Notes under the pieces: generated by a model
What the model saw: only the letters and a program-made list of their open reading frames with translations
Databases searched by the model: none
What the model was told of the DNA's origin: nothing
In this document: positions 25,747 to 38,440 of the stretch, in pieces
Numbering within the stretch: position 1 is the stretch's first letter
Layout: each line of letters starts with the position of its first letter
Translations under genes and position numbers: made by a program
NCBI GenBank assembly: GCA_024137785.1
Contig: JAHRHZ010000267.1
Coordinates: 16,053,325 to 16,117,324, forward strand
DNA: 64,000 nucleotides
From: Ginglymostoma cirratum
Taxonomy: Eukaryota
Reading direction: 5' to 3'

Positions 25747-26850
25747 AAGACCATAAGACCATAAGACATAGGAGTGGAAGTAAGGCCATTTGGCCCATCG
25801 AGTCCACTCCGCCATTTAATCATGGCTGATGGGCATTTCAACTCCACTAACCCACACTGTCCCCGTAGCCCTTAATTCCCTGTGAGATCAAGAATTTATC
25901 AATCTCTGCCTTGAAGACATACAATGTCCCGCCTTCCACTGCGCTCCGTGGCAATGAATTCCACAGGCCCACCACTCTCTGGCTGAAGAAATGTCTTCTC
26001 ATTTCCGTTCTAAATTGACCCCCTCTAATTCTCAGGCTGTGCCCACAGGTCCAAGTATCCCCACCTAACGGAAATAACTTCCCAGCGTCCACCCTTTCTA
26101 AGCCATGCATTATCTTGTAAGTTTCTATTAGATCTCCCCTCAACCTTCTAAACTCTAATGAATACAATCCCAGGATCCTCAGCCGTTCATCGTATGTTAG
26201 GCCTACCATTCCAGGGATCATCCGTGTGAATCTCCGCTGGACACTCTCCAGTGCCAGTATGTTCTTCCTGAGGTGTGGGGCCCAAAGTTGGACACAGTAT
26301 TCTAAATGGTGCCTAACTAGAGCTTTATAAAGTCTCAGAAGCACATCGCTGCTTTTATATTCCAACCCTCTTGAGATAAATGACAACATTCCATTCGCTT
26401 TCTTAATCACAGACTCAACCTGCAAGTTAACCTTTAGAGAATCCTGTACTAACACTCCCCGATCCCTTTGTACTTCGGCTTTATGAATTTTCTCACCGTT
26501 CAGAAAATAGTCCATGCCTGTATTCTTTTTTCCAAGGTGCAAGACCTCACAGTTGCTCACATTGAATTTCAGCAGCCATTTCCTGGACCACTCTCCTAAA
26601 CTGTCTAAATCGTTCTGCAGCCTCCCCACCTCCTCCGTACCACCTGCCTGTCCACCCAACTTTGCATCATCAGCAAACTTTGCCAGAATGCCCCCAGTCC
26701 CTTCATCCAGATCATTAATATATAAAGTGAACAGCTGCGGCCCCAACACTGAACCCTGCGGGACACCACTTGTCACCAGTTGCCATTCCGAAAAAGAGCC
26801 TTTTATCCCAACTCTCTGCCTTCTGTCAGACAGCCAATCCTCAATCCATG
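25747..26850 (-). mobile_element. Young 5'-truncated CR1 LINE with TSD and 8-bp microsatellite tail
   Basis: (taagacca)n tail at about 25746-25768; TSD ccagtcct at 25739-25746 and 26851-26858. Confidence 0.96.
25847..26776 (-). pseudogene. CR1 ORF2 reverse transcriptase C-terminal 309 aa, open but 5'-truncated
   Basis: SGVPQGSVLGPQLFTLYINDL, KFADDAKL, LYKALVRHHLEYC, FFSQRVVGLWNSLP. Confidence 0.93.
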
Positions 26851-29049
26851 CCAGTCCTGCTTTGCTGTCACTTGCCTTGATTCTGGCGTGAGGTCTCTGG
26901 ATTTTCTCTCACAGCGACTGGTTAATAGTCACTTTCAGTTAGAAGTGGATGAGGAGCCTGTTAACTGTGTCCAAACAAAGTTAAAACCTTCAATGATTAT
27001 TCCCAAGCAGGATTGCCAACCACTCTCACTAGCTTCCCCAACTGGAGTAGAGATCAGTACTTCAGTTTCTTTGCACCTTTTTCAATGAGAAAGTTTCCAT
27101 TCCGTTTCATTCCTTTCTTTCCTCACTTTCTCTAGTCAATGTACAAGTAAATTTTCATTTAGTTACCTATTACTAACTTCACCAATGTCTGAATGCTTCC
27201 CGGAGCAACACTACATCAGTGTCGATGGGATGCTATATAAAATGCAGCATGATTTAGTAAGGAAAGGATTGGATGAGAAAGTGAGGGATTATAGCTGGAG
27301 GTGCGAAAGAACAGTGAGGGCAAATGAGAGAAAAGGAGAGCGCTGGAAGTTAAATTCCATGTTAAAAACACCAAAATAATATTGCAGGGAATATATAGAG
27401 GAAATTTATCTTATTAACAATTTCTCCATTAGAGCCTTTGACGTACTTTATTCATCATTTTAACCAAGCAAGATTTATTTTGCTGCATCAATGTGCTTTT
27501 GTGGTCCGAACAAATCATTTTGCTGACAAGTTTATACACTGTCCTCGGGGTTCTGAGACTCCAGTTTAAAAAAAAATCATCAGACTCCTGAGTCAGTCTG
27601 TTACAGTAACTGTTATGTCACACTGCAAGGAAATGAGGTTACTGGAAAGTTGTTTTTTGCCTTTAGATGCATCCCAGTCATATCGTCAGTGTTCCCTTGA
27701 GCAACTGTATTTTAATAGCTGGCAAACTGACGAGCGATTCCATTAGCTTACTGAGAATTGTTTTCCCGAAACTGAAGTTGGCAGCACTTCCAGTTTCAAA
27801 TCATGTTAAATTAATACGAATCCAGGCACCTTGAAGATGTCAGGAGTCTTCATATTTCCAAGTATCTGTGAAACTGACATTTTTGTTGTATTAGTTATTT
27901 CTTTACTCTCTGGATAATTCTGAGCATTTCCACTAATTCTTCCAAATGGGCTGCCCCTGCTTTCGTATGTCATCCATTTTCTCCCTCACTCAGAAAGTCA
28001 GACAATTCAATCCTAACTTACCTTCTCGTTCATCTGAAACATTGGGCAGAATTTTCCTGAACCACTTAAGTCAGTGGCTGGGCTGAGGTAAAATCTGGAA
28101 GCAACGTGACAGGTCTCTGATTCTGTACGTCCCTGTCACTAGGTGTTTTTGCAGAGTATAGGGTCGCTGTGATGCTGCAAGCTCTCAGTAGTTCATAGCC
28201 ATTTACCCCAAGTTAGGGCTGAGGTGGCAGGGTGAAGTTGGCACTGGGATTTTCCTCAGAGTGTCAGAACAACTCCATCTCATTAAGACACTATCAGCAG
28301 CTTAGAAATAGTATCTTGGTGGCCAGTTGGGATGGATGCCATCTATGCTTCCTCTTAGTACATCAGCATAGACCCAGCTGGGATATGATGGCCACAGCTA
28401 TGGCTGCAACCTGTCAACTAGAGGAGTTCCCTTTCCATGGTAAAAGCTTGACTTAACAGCTGTGGCAATAAGGAATTTTTTTTTTCCAATGCTGGAGATT
28501 GTTTCTTCGTTTTGAGTCATGCTTGTGATCTTCCGCCTGCCTCAGCAAAGTCCACCTCTCCCAGTGGGTCTATTGACTTGAGTGTATTATAGGCTCTGCT
28601 GTGAGACCTCCTGTTTACCTGACCGACATGCCAACTTTAGCTGGACTGCTCCCCACAACTACGTCTGTATCTTGTGACATAATCGACAGGAAGCAGCTTC
28701 CCAACAAGTCTTTCATTAGTCTTTCATTATCTCTGCATCCACAAGTGACGACAATCAGTTTGTCTTTAATTGCCTGTCTACCATTGAAGGGTTTAAAGTT
28801 CATTGGCACCTCATCAGTTGTGATATTCCATGTGTTCGACTCAGGGAGTTACCAGTAACCCACTGATTTACATCCACAGTCATCTTTGGCTGTAAGTCCT
28901 CTTTTAAAAAAAGCACATGCTGGAATTTATAGTTTAATAATACTTTGAGATAACCACAGTTGTGATCATTTGTCATGACAGCTATCATCAGTGATGTTAT
29001 ATTTTCTATTGATCCCAGAAGGGCAAAGTACATAAAAGACAAGCATGGT

Positions 29050-29637
29050 CTTTCAGAGTGGCGACTCTCAGCCTGGTCTCTCGGCAGCTCATGGCAGGTC
29101 CTGATCTAGTCTTTCGACAGCTCATGGTGGGTCCCAGCCAGTTTTCCAGCATCTCTCAGCCTGGTCTCTTGGCAGTACGTCGGGCCTGTCCCTCAGCGGA
29201 TCATGGCGGTGCCTCAGCTTGGCATGTGAGTGGATCCTGCCTGGATATGCTCCCGAAGCACCAGGGGAAATCGGAGAGGCAGCAGTTTCAGCAGCTGCGA
29301 CAGTATCAGTAGTGGCGGCATTGAGAGCAGACAGCTAAGGTCTCCTGGAGGCAGCAGTAAGTAGAGAACTCATCAAAGACTGGTGAACTTTTAACTTATT
29401 CCTTTATTCTCCTAGTTTAAACCGCAAAAGACTTTAGTATTAACTATTACATTATTTATTTATTTGTTTACTATTCCATGAAATAATGCTTAACTTTTTA
29501 ACTATCCTTTCCCTTACTACTTCGTACCTAAGTCTTTTGTACCTTGGTACCTAAGATGGTGCCATGTGTGGCAATATTACACTGTATTCCTGCACTTCGG
29601 TACTTGAGTATAAGTGACAATAAAATGTAAAATCTAC
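29050..29637 (+). mobile_element. Non-autonomous retroposon with GC-rich repetitive head and L2-like tail
   Basis: Repeated cagctcatgg and tctcagcctggtctct units; 3' end gtacttgagtataagtgacaataaaatgtaaaatct; similar tail at 19480-19545. Confidence 0.55.
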
Positions 29638-29919
29638 ATTTAAAATGGTTAGATCATTTTGCAACATGTAACTTTACTGCATTCAGGCACCCATCTCACC
29701 TTCTGTAGCAGTAGTAATAACTGTAACCTGCTTTCAGTGCGTGCATCCTTGTTTTGTACACTAAGCACAGAACTCAGAAAATGTGTAAGCCTAAATCCTT
29801 CTCAAAGTGTAAAGTGTTAGTGTTACTAATAAACTTTGAAACATTCATTTTCAACAAGAAGCCAATCCTCATGGGTCAACATGCACAGAACAGTTTGAGC
29901 ACATCATACTGGCAATGAT

Positions 29920-30190
29920 GTTTTACATTTGGTGGCTAAATCATCATCGCTTAGCATCCCTAATTACCATTGAGAATTTGTTGGTGATCCGCCTTCTTGA
30001 AACATAGTAGCCCATTTCGTGAGGACCACCTGTTAGGAAGGGAGCCCCAGGATTTTGACACCACAATTGTGAAGGAATTGTGACATAGTTCCAAGTCAAT
30101 ATGGTGCGTGACTTGAAGAGGAACTAACAGGTAGTGACATTCTTATTTATCTTCTGCCCTTATCCTTAATTGTAGTTATCTTGGATTTGG
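29920..30190 (-). mobile_element. CR1-like family A 3' fragment
   Basis: ctgttaggaagggagccccaggattttgac...ttccaagtca matches 6770-6840. Confidence 0.8.
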
Positions 30191-30639
30191 AATATATTAT
30201 TGGAATGAACTTTTGGCTTGGTTCAGCTGAGTACCAGAGATCCAGTCCATAGTGATAGTATTTACATGCTATCATATTAGTAAATGACATTGCTTTGTGA
30301 TCACAAACTCTAGAGACGGTATCGGGTGGCACGAATGGAAACAATCACTGGGAACTAATTCTGAGGAGCTTTGCCAGTTTCAAACTAAAAGGAATTTCTG
30401 CCCCTCTATTTTTCAATATCATTGATTTAAACAGAATGAAATTTTTTTTTTTTAGTTTTGTTCAGTATATTTCTTTAAAATTATGCATGTGAGACACTTT
30501 GATAAAAGACAGGGGAATTACACAAATTGCCTATTTTTATTTAGAATCAAACCCTATTTTGTATAAAAACATTAACAATCTATCAAGAATTGAATTTTCC
30601 TTGCAAGCGTGTGGGGACCAATTACTCCTCTGTCTTGTG

Positions 30640-30740
30640 GGAGCTCTGATGAAGGAATTGAATTGGAAAGGATTTTCTTTCTTTTTGTCATTTGCTAATG
30701 GACCTGCTATCTGTTTTCAGCATTCGCTGTTTTGTTTTGA
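30640..30740 (+). mobile_element. Old PLE terminus
   Basis: ctgatgaagg...gacctgct...cagcattcgctgttttgtttt. Confidence 0.5.
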
Positions 30741-31620
30741 GCTTTACTTGGGAAAAAGGAAGGCAATAACATTTATAAAGATATGCTATGGACTCGAAGC
30801 TCCTATTTTAATGAGGTAGGATTGTTTTCTCCTCCATAACAAATGGCCATTTAACAAAATTACGACCTTGAAATTTATGCATTTCACAGCTAAGCTTTTG
30901 TCAGTTATTCATAACTGAAGTTGGGAGTGAGAGGGATAATTATCATCATTCTTGCAAATCACTAATTTTAAAATTTCCCAACTACAACGGTAGCTAGTAT
31001 GAATCACTGCATGAACACCAAATTACATGGTTTTAAACATATTGTTCCCTTCAAACAATAATTACTATGTTTTGTTATATGCATGATTTATTTATGGCAA
31101 TTCCATATTTATTGATTGATAAGAGGGCTATGAATTAGCTTTTGAAGAAACCCAATGCACAAGAATTGCTTCTGCTAGCTCTGAACATCACACTGGGAGT
31201 GCAGCTCTGATGTCAAACAGGTACCACAGCTTAATAACTAGCAATCGATATCTGCTGGCAGCTTCTCACTCTGACGCAACTAAATCGATGTTCCATTGTA
31301 GTAGTTGAACTGCTGATGAGCCTGAGGATTACTGATACATCCCATAAGTACAAATTGGGTTTGAAAACTTGCTCAAAACTCCTTGGATAATTTGTCTGCA
31401 TAATAAAGTAAAAACACAATTTGGGAGTCCTGAGTTCCTCTAAATGTTAAAACAGGAAGTATTTGATAGGCAGTGTATGGTTGTGCAGTGGTTTTGTTAT
31501 CGGATTGAACATACAGAAGTGGCACTGACTGATCTTAGACACTTTGCCCCAGATGAATGTCAATACCCTTGACGTTATGATGCAAATAGAGGCCATTCAA
31601 CCCATCAAGTACTCATCAAA

Positions 31621-31725
31621 AACAGAAACAGAAATTGCTGGAAAAGCTCAGCAGGTCTGGCAGCATCTACAGAGAGAAATCAGCATCAACGTTTCGGGTT
31701 GAGTGACCCTTCCTCAGGACTTTTT
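31621..31725 (-). mobile_element. PLE terminus (second family) with imperfect 14-bp TSD
   Basis: cagaaattgctggaaaagctcagcaggtctggcagcatct...; aagtactcatcaaa (31607-31620) vs aagtccacatcaaa (31726-31739). Confidence 0.8.
31688..31717 (-). ncRNA. Minimal hammerhead ribozyme motif
   Basis: Minus strand CTGAGGA-a-gggt-cactca-accc-GAAA-cgtt; palindromic aacgtt helix III. Confidence 0.65.
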
Positions 31726-31823
31726 AAGTCCACATCAAATGCTGGACTACTGTTACATAAGTGTTGTGAACTTGCTCAGAAACAGACATTAAGCAGATTG
31801 TTATAACCAGAGCCTTTTATTTT

Positions 31824-32485
31824 GACAAAGGCAGAGAATGCGGGAGAAACTCAGCAGGTCTGGTAGCATCTGCAAAGAGCAAAACAGAGTTAACGTTATG
31901 GGTCTGACATGACTTTTCTTCAGAACTGGAGATCTCCCCTCCTCAGCTTCCCACCAGATGGTCCCCAAGCTACATACAGCTTGATTCTATCTCCTTCCCA
32001 AAATCCACAACCAGGGCTACCCTGGCAGATCCACCAATTCAATCTCCTTCTGCCCAACTGATCTTATTTCTTCCGATCACAAGTCTGTTTTCTTCCCTTG
32101 TTCAACTGTTTCCCACTTAGATCTGTGATTTTCCTGAAGCTTCACATCAGTTTCACAACATCCAGTTTTCTGTTCCTATTTGCCTCCTTTCGCCATGGAT
32201 GTGCAATCTCCCCAGCACGTCCAAATCCCCATCAGGATGATTTGAAGTCTCTCCTCCTATTCATTAAAAAGAGACCTAAGCAGCTTTCATCCACCATGAC
32301 CTTCCTTCACCTGGCTGGACTCAATTTCACTTTGAACATTTTTTATGGGATTATAAAGAAGAGTTTTATCAGACTCAACGTGTTAACCTTGTATGTTTCT
32401 CCACAGGTGCAGCCAGATCTGCTAAATTTCTCCAGCATCTTCTGTTTTTGTTTTAGATCTCCAGCATCAACAGTTCTTTGTCTTA
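31824..32485 (+). mobile_element. Old PLE fold-back with RT fragment
   Basis: Inverted terminus 31824-31925; ttctatctccttcccaaaatccacaac = FYLLPKIH, then GR(S/P) and FAMDVQS motifs; sense terminus 32370-32485. Confidence 0.82.
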
Positions 32486-34112
32486 TTGTCATGTTCTTGT
32501 AATTTATCTTGTTCAGAAACTGAAGAATTTAGAACTTCATCTGAAATGACAAATTTGTGTTTTCATCAACTGAAGTTTGAGTGCAATTGCTTATTTTCAC
32601 AAGGCATAGGCAACATTCTGGGCAATTTCTCAGTTGCCAGCTTTTTGAAGTTGGTAGTCAGATTTTGCTAATTCTTTGTATTAAGATATAATTGCGGTGT
32701 ATGTCTAGTAAGGGCAATTTTCCTGTCCCTGGATTGGAATGGAAAATGATGAGAAAATTGGGGAAATGTGACAAAGAAAAAAATAGTTGGAATCTCAATG
32801 TCAAGAAGAAGTTTCCTGATTTTCCCATTAGGTTTTATGTGGCAACTTCAGATTCCCATCGCTGAGTGGCGAACATCTTATTTCCATGCATTTGTATTTC
32901 ATTAAACTCCAATTTGCCTCATTTCTCTGCTACTTACAATCCTTGTCTCTTCCCCAAGTAGTAAGATGGTGGAAATTCATGACTTATAAATTTGAATGAG
33001 TCTGCAGCTCTCTGAGCCTCCATCCAACTCTGTCTTTACTGCATTGTCCATGCATCAGCTGTAGACGCCATTATCCCTACACTTCGTCCACACACTTTGC
33101 CATGGGAAACCACCAGCCTCACTATGTTGTCATATCTGCTCATGGCTCAACTCTCTCACCGCTTCAGCCCATTATCATTTGACTTTAGAGCCCAGGCACA
33201 CCTAGAGCTTGAAGGATTCTTCTGGGTTGCTTTGTGTGCAGAAAAACACACGTGCCTTGTGCATTGAAACAGGATGCATCTTTTGGATCTAAGCTTGATC
33301 TCTTTGTGCCCACTGACATTGTGTTTACTTGGAGTATGCCTGCCTCTGTGATCTGCATTACCTTTTAATCCAGAGGGAAAGACAGGCAACTCGGCAGGAG
33401 ACACTGAACAGTCAAGGTGGTAAACATCCTGCTTTATGGCACCATGCATCAACATCAATATTAGCAAACATCAGCAGTTTACGAGGTGAATGCATTACAT
33501 GTGCTTCAAACAAATGGCCGTATGTTAATGGCAAATGGGAGCAGTCATTAATGGGTGTGAACGGGAACTAGGAACAGTCAGTAGGTACCACCGGAGTCAG
33601 TCAAGGGGCTCACCAAGGGGTTTGGCCAGGCTCAATCAAGGGCATGGTCCTACCAGAGTTCAAAGATCTATGTCTTTGCAGTCCAGGGACTGGGCCATGA
33701 TCAGCCCTGTAGATCAAGTATAATCAGTCTAGAGATGACAGATTCATCATTTTGGCTGATGTGGAGACATCAGTCCAGGGAATAGACCCTTTTCTTTTCT
33801 GTAATGAAACAAAGGGAGTCCCTGTGTATGACAGAGGTGGATGGAGGGTAGCTAATGGTAAGAGAGGAGCAGAAGAATTGTTTACATGTCCTTAGCGACT
33901 AGATAGGAATTGAAATGTGCGGTATGCAAATAAGTTAATCGACCTTATTCCTTTTTTGCTGGACATTCAAGTGACTGTTCAAGTGACAAAAGAGCAGAAA
34001 AGATTGGATATTTTCCAATAGTGTTGCCCATGGTACACAGGATACTTAACTATAGCTCATTGTGGCCAACAGCAATTTACTTTCTAATCTTGTGCATTCC
34101 TGGGCTTAGTTA

Positions 34113-34290
34113 AATTAGCTCAGTTGGCTGGATGGCCGGTTTGCAATGCAATGTGATGCCAACAGTATGGGTTCAATTTGCCCATCAGCAGAGGTAACCA
34201 TGAAGGATTCTCCTTCTCGACCTCTTCCCTTTCTGAGCTGTGATAACTCTCATGTTAAACCACCACCATCAGTCATCTCTGCCTCATCAG
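34113..34290 (+). mobile_element. tRNA-derived SINE
   Basis: A box tagctcagttgg (34117-34128), B box gggttcaatt (about 34170), followed by a non-tRNA body. Confidence 0.7.
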
Positions 34291-35353
34291 AGAGCATTTC
34301 TTTACCTTTATGTTCCACAATATATACCAACAATAAAGTGACTCAGCATAGCTACACTTTAAGGTAAAATATAAATGATATAGCCTGTACAATCTGTGTC
34401 TTAATAAGTTACACATTTCTTTGTTCCTTTTGAAGAAGACTACATTGGTGTGGTTTCCACATTCAATGTTTGCCAATCTCTTACGAAGGCTTTGTACATT
34501 CAGGTAGGCTTGCTTTTGCCATCATTCTTGGCCTCAGAATGTCTCACTTCACAACCTGTGGAATACTATTGAAGGGCATTTGTGGTTGTTTTTTTGGGAA
34601 ATACTCTGAGACTCTACTCTGAACCTGCATGAATAGTATACAAGGGGTCGCATCTGCTATACAAGACTAGCAGAATCCTCAAATATTGAAATGAATGACA
34701 AACTAATCTGTTAGGATCCTCTGCCATATTTGTTGATGATTCCCTCGTTTACATTTGTGTAACCTTAATCATCACCCAAGAACCTTCCAATCTGCTTTAT
34801 CAGGTTATGATAACTAAAGCCACCGAGTCTAACTGTCCTCCAATAAATATCAATCAGAATATATTGACTTCTAAATTAACTGACAGGTATATTAATCTCT
34901 TCTTAGTGATCAGAAAACTTGTCCTTATGTTTTATACCTCCTTAAATATGTTTTTTTCCAATAATGCACAACCAGCAATTTTCATTGTAGCATTGAAATG
35001 GCTAAGAATGTGTCACTGAACAATTATCCTGCAATATTGAACAACATACTCTGATCATTAAAATGGTAAAGGTAAAGTTCAAAATAAAAGGATGTCTACT
35101 GTAATGATTGGCATGCGGAGCAAACATTATAGATTTAATCTAATTGACATAATCCCACTCCCATTTTAGTGCCCATATCAAAAGAACTGGGTTAAGTATT
35201 GACTGGACAAGCGGAGCAATTCCCTCATGGATAAAGTACAATCTTAGCAACCATTTTGTATGTTTGTAACACTTTTCATTCTAAGGTATTTAATCCCTAT
35301 AGTTCCCTAAGTCAGATAAAATATTAGTAGCAGACCTGTGAAAGACAAGTGCA

Positions 35354-35548
35354 GAGATAATAGGAACTGCAGATGCTGGGGAATCTAAGATAACAAGGAG
35401 TAGAGCTGGATGAACACAACAGGCCAAGCAGCATTAGAGGAGCAGAAAGGGTTTCTGAAGAAGGGTCTAGGCCCAAAACGTCAGCCTTCCTGCTCCTCTG
35501 ATGCTGCCTGGCCTGCTGTGTTCATCTAGCTCTACACCTTGTTATCTC
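35354..35548. mobile_element. PLE fold-back hairpin with 13-bp TSD
   Basis: TSD aaagacaa(g/a)tgca at 35341-35353 and 35549-35561; inverted arms. Confidence 0.92.
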
Positions 35549-36504
35549 AAAGACAAATGCATTATGGATTTGAGATCAGTAGACAAAACTGTTCCTGCCA
35601 TCTGTAGCACTGGTCATTACACCAGTAAAATTGGCCTTGGAGTCAGCACTCCATGTTGGATAATGGCACTGGTCACAGTGCTGGTCATACTGGCCAAGGT
35701 ATCTTTGGGAATGTAGCATACTGAAGGAAAAGCATGATGTTGCTTGTTGTATGCAGTAGATGAACTTTCTGTGGTGCTGTATGCAAATATTGCTATGAAG
35801 GATTCTCTGTGGATACCCAAGTGTAATAAGCTAGATATGAAAGTCTGTACAGGTGTGTGTTTGTGCTGCTGGGGGTGTATATGGCAACATCAATTACTTT
35901 AAAAGCACTCATCATAAATGCCTTTGAACCTTGAGGAGTTTATTTACTAATCTTGAATGGTTTCTTCCTTGCAACACTATCACAAATCCAACAACACTTT
36001 CCTTGATCAGAAATGGACCCAACTTCGAAATATGGTGTACAATGATACTGGTTCTGTCTCAAACCAGACTTTACCAATCCAGCTCCATGCTCAACAAGTA
36101 GAGAATGACATGTTTGACCACAGGCTGAGCATTTGCAGATGTGAAGATGGAAATGGTTGGGAATATGATGCACAGCTTGAACATGAAGCCATGGAGAACC
36201 AAATAGCATTGGGAGAAGGTGCCAGGTGGCACACCTGGAAAAAAAAATGCATTGTTGCTCAGGTAAGAGTCTACACAGGAATCTTTCTGGACATCCAGGC
36301 AATGCCTGTTGAATAAGTAATGGCTACCCGCATCAAAATGGAGTTTAGAACTATATGCTACATTGCATATTTGCCTAATTATGTGACTATAAGTTAGGCA
36401 TGTTCATTTCAGCTTTCTGTCTCTCAGGCCCAATTTCTCCAAACTGTATGCATCATCAATAAACACTTGTAACTGAGAGAGAGGAACATTTGCCAAAATA
36501 TAAA

Positions 36505-36620
36505 CTCCTGAAAAATGACAAACACGAGGGGATATAGGGTTAAGGTGAATGAGGGAAAGTTTAAAGGAGATGTGGGAGACAGGTATTTTACACTGTGATC
36601 AATGTCCTGAATACACATTG
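36505..36620 (+). mobile_element. CR1 fragment
   Basis: acgagggggatatagggttaaggtga...aagtttaaaggagatgtg. Confidence 0.65.
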
Positions 36621-36749
36621 CTTTATAAACATGAAATAATTAAACAATATGTACACAATATACACTTGTATACAAATATACATAAACATACACAGATGTG
36701 AACACAATGTAAATGATCATTAACATTCCCTTCCATGGAACCTTGAGTT

Positions 36750-37410
36750 GTCATAGAACATAGAACAGAACAACACAGATACAGGCCTTTGGCCTACCAT
36801 GCCTGTGCCAATCATAATGCCTTTCTAAACTAATCCCATCTGTCTGCACATAGTATGTAAACCTCTATTCCCTGCCTTTTTCTGTGTATCTGAATTCCTC
36901 TTAAATATTGCTATCATATCTGCTTCTACCATCTCCCCAGCAGTGTGTTCCAGGTGTCCTCTATTAAAAATTTCCCTCAAGCATCTCCTTTAAACTCCTT
37001 CACAGCTCTGCCACTTCTTGTGTTGTCACAAACACAAACCCGCCAACATTTTCATCCAAATCATTTATATATATGTTACAAACAAAAGAGGTCACAGCTT
37101 TAGGCTTTGCAATACACCATTGATCACAGATCTCCAATCAGAAAAAAAAATCTCTACACAATTACCCTCTGTCATTTAAAACAAAGCCAGTTTTGTACCC
37201 AACTTATCAACTCACCATGGATCCCATGTGGTTTAACCTTCTGGACTAGCCTACCATGAAAGGCCTTGTCAAATTCTTTAGTAAAGTCCATGCAGGCATC
37301 ATCTACTGTCCTACCCTCATCAATCATCTTCATCACTTCCTTAAAAAACTCAACCAAATTTGTCAGACAAGACCTCCCCGGCACAAAGCTATGCTGACTA
37401 TCCCTCGAAG
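36750..37410 (-). mobile_element. CR1 LINE with internal deletions
   Basis: catagaac tail repeats; minus ORF GRSCLTNLVEFF...MDFTKEFDK..HGRLVQKV..HGIHG..WVQNWL. Confidence 0.9.
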
Positions 37411-37476
37411 TCCATTCTTGAAATTTGCTTGCGATTCCTCAAATCTTCATTCTGTAACAAAATGAAAGAAACATAT

Positions 37477-37817
37477 CTACTAACATCATCCCGCCCCCTT
37501 GACCTGCCCGTCCTCCCTGGACTGACCTATCTCCTCTCTACCCCGCTACCTACACTCACCTTTACTGGCTCCATCCCTGCCTCTTCGACTTGTCTGCCTC
37601 CTCTCCACCTATCCTCTCCTCTATCCATCCTCTATCCGCCTCCCCCTCTCTCCCTATTTATTTCAGAACCCTCTTCCCCTCCCCCATTTCTGATGAAGGG
37701 TTTAGGCCCGAAACGTCAAGTTTTCCTGCTCCTATGATGCTGCTTGGCCTGCTGTGTTCATCCAGCCCCATGCTTGTTATCTCGGATTCTCCAGCATCTG
37801 CAGTACCTTTTATCTCT
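37477..37817 (+). mobile_element. Young-subfamily PLE 3' end including tail
   Basis: Near-identical to the reverse complement of the 7178-7480 body; no clear TSD. Confidence 0.9.
37686..37721 (+). ncRNA. Minimal type I hammerhead ribozyme motif
   Basis: attt-CTGATGA-a-gggt-ttag-gccc-GAAA-cGTC-aagt; predicted cleavage after 37717. Confidence 0.8.
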
Positions 37818-37869
37818 GATACAATGAACATGCAGCTTTGATCTGTTTTCATCTTCATGTGCATCATTC

Positions 37870-38025
37870 AAGGAACACCTGGACAAATACATAAATAGGA
37901 AGGCATTAGATGGATATGGATCCTGTAAGTGAAGACAGTTTTAGGGGCAAAATGTGTTGGCGCAGGCTTGGAGGGCTGAAGGTCCTGTTCCTGTGCTGTA
38001 TTGCTATTTGTTCTTTATTCTTTGG
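37870..38025 (+). mobile_element. CR1 3' end
   Basis: ggatatggatcctgtaagtgaaga...cctgttcctgtgctgtattg matches 20236-20345. Confidence 0.85.
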
Positions 38026-38039
38026 TTTTATCGGTGCTG

Positions 38040-38440
38040 TCATAAAGCAGGAGAGATTTGAGGTTGGGATGGAACAGGAGCTGTGAAGGCAAGAAATGAG
38101 GACGCTGGATCTGTGAGTACCTGTGGGGTGTCAGCTACTGTATATAGGAGGGTGGGAATTAAGGGTCACTGGAACTGTGCAGATGTGGAGCTGTGAAGGT
38201 GGGGAGTCAGGTTTGGGATCTGCGTGGGCGTGTATTGGAGGGGTGGGAGCTGTGATGGTGATGAGGAATTGAGGGATGCAGGAGCTATGAGTGTGGGTAT
38301 TAAGGGAGACTAGCTGAGAGAGTGGGTCTTCGGTGTAGAGGGGACAGAGCCTTTGAGGGTGGGGAATAGAGAGACAGGAATTGTGGGAACAGAAGTGGTG
38401 GTGCACAGAAGCGATTAAAGTGGGGAGTCAGGGCAGGCAG
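38040..38440. repeat. G-rich low-complexity tract (ggagctgtg/gagggtggg units)
   Basis: Recurrent degenerate 9-12-mer motifs. Confidence 0.5.

Noticed and set aside
34113-34190. tRNA gene
   Set aside because: A and B boxes are present but there is no cloverleaf, and it continues into a SINE body
35957-36316. 119-aa ORF as a host exon
   Set aside because: No recognisable domain or convincing splice context; the acidic C-terminus may be a decayed Harbinger transposase end, but support is too weak to call
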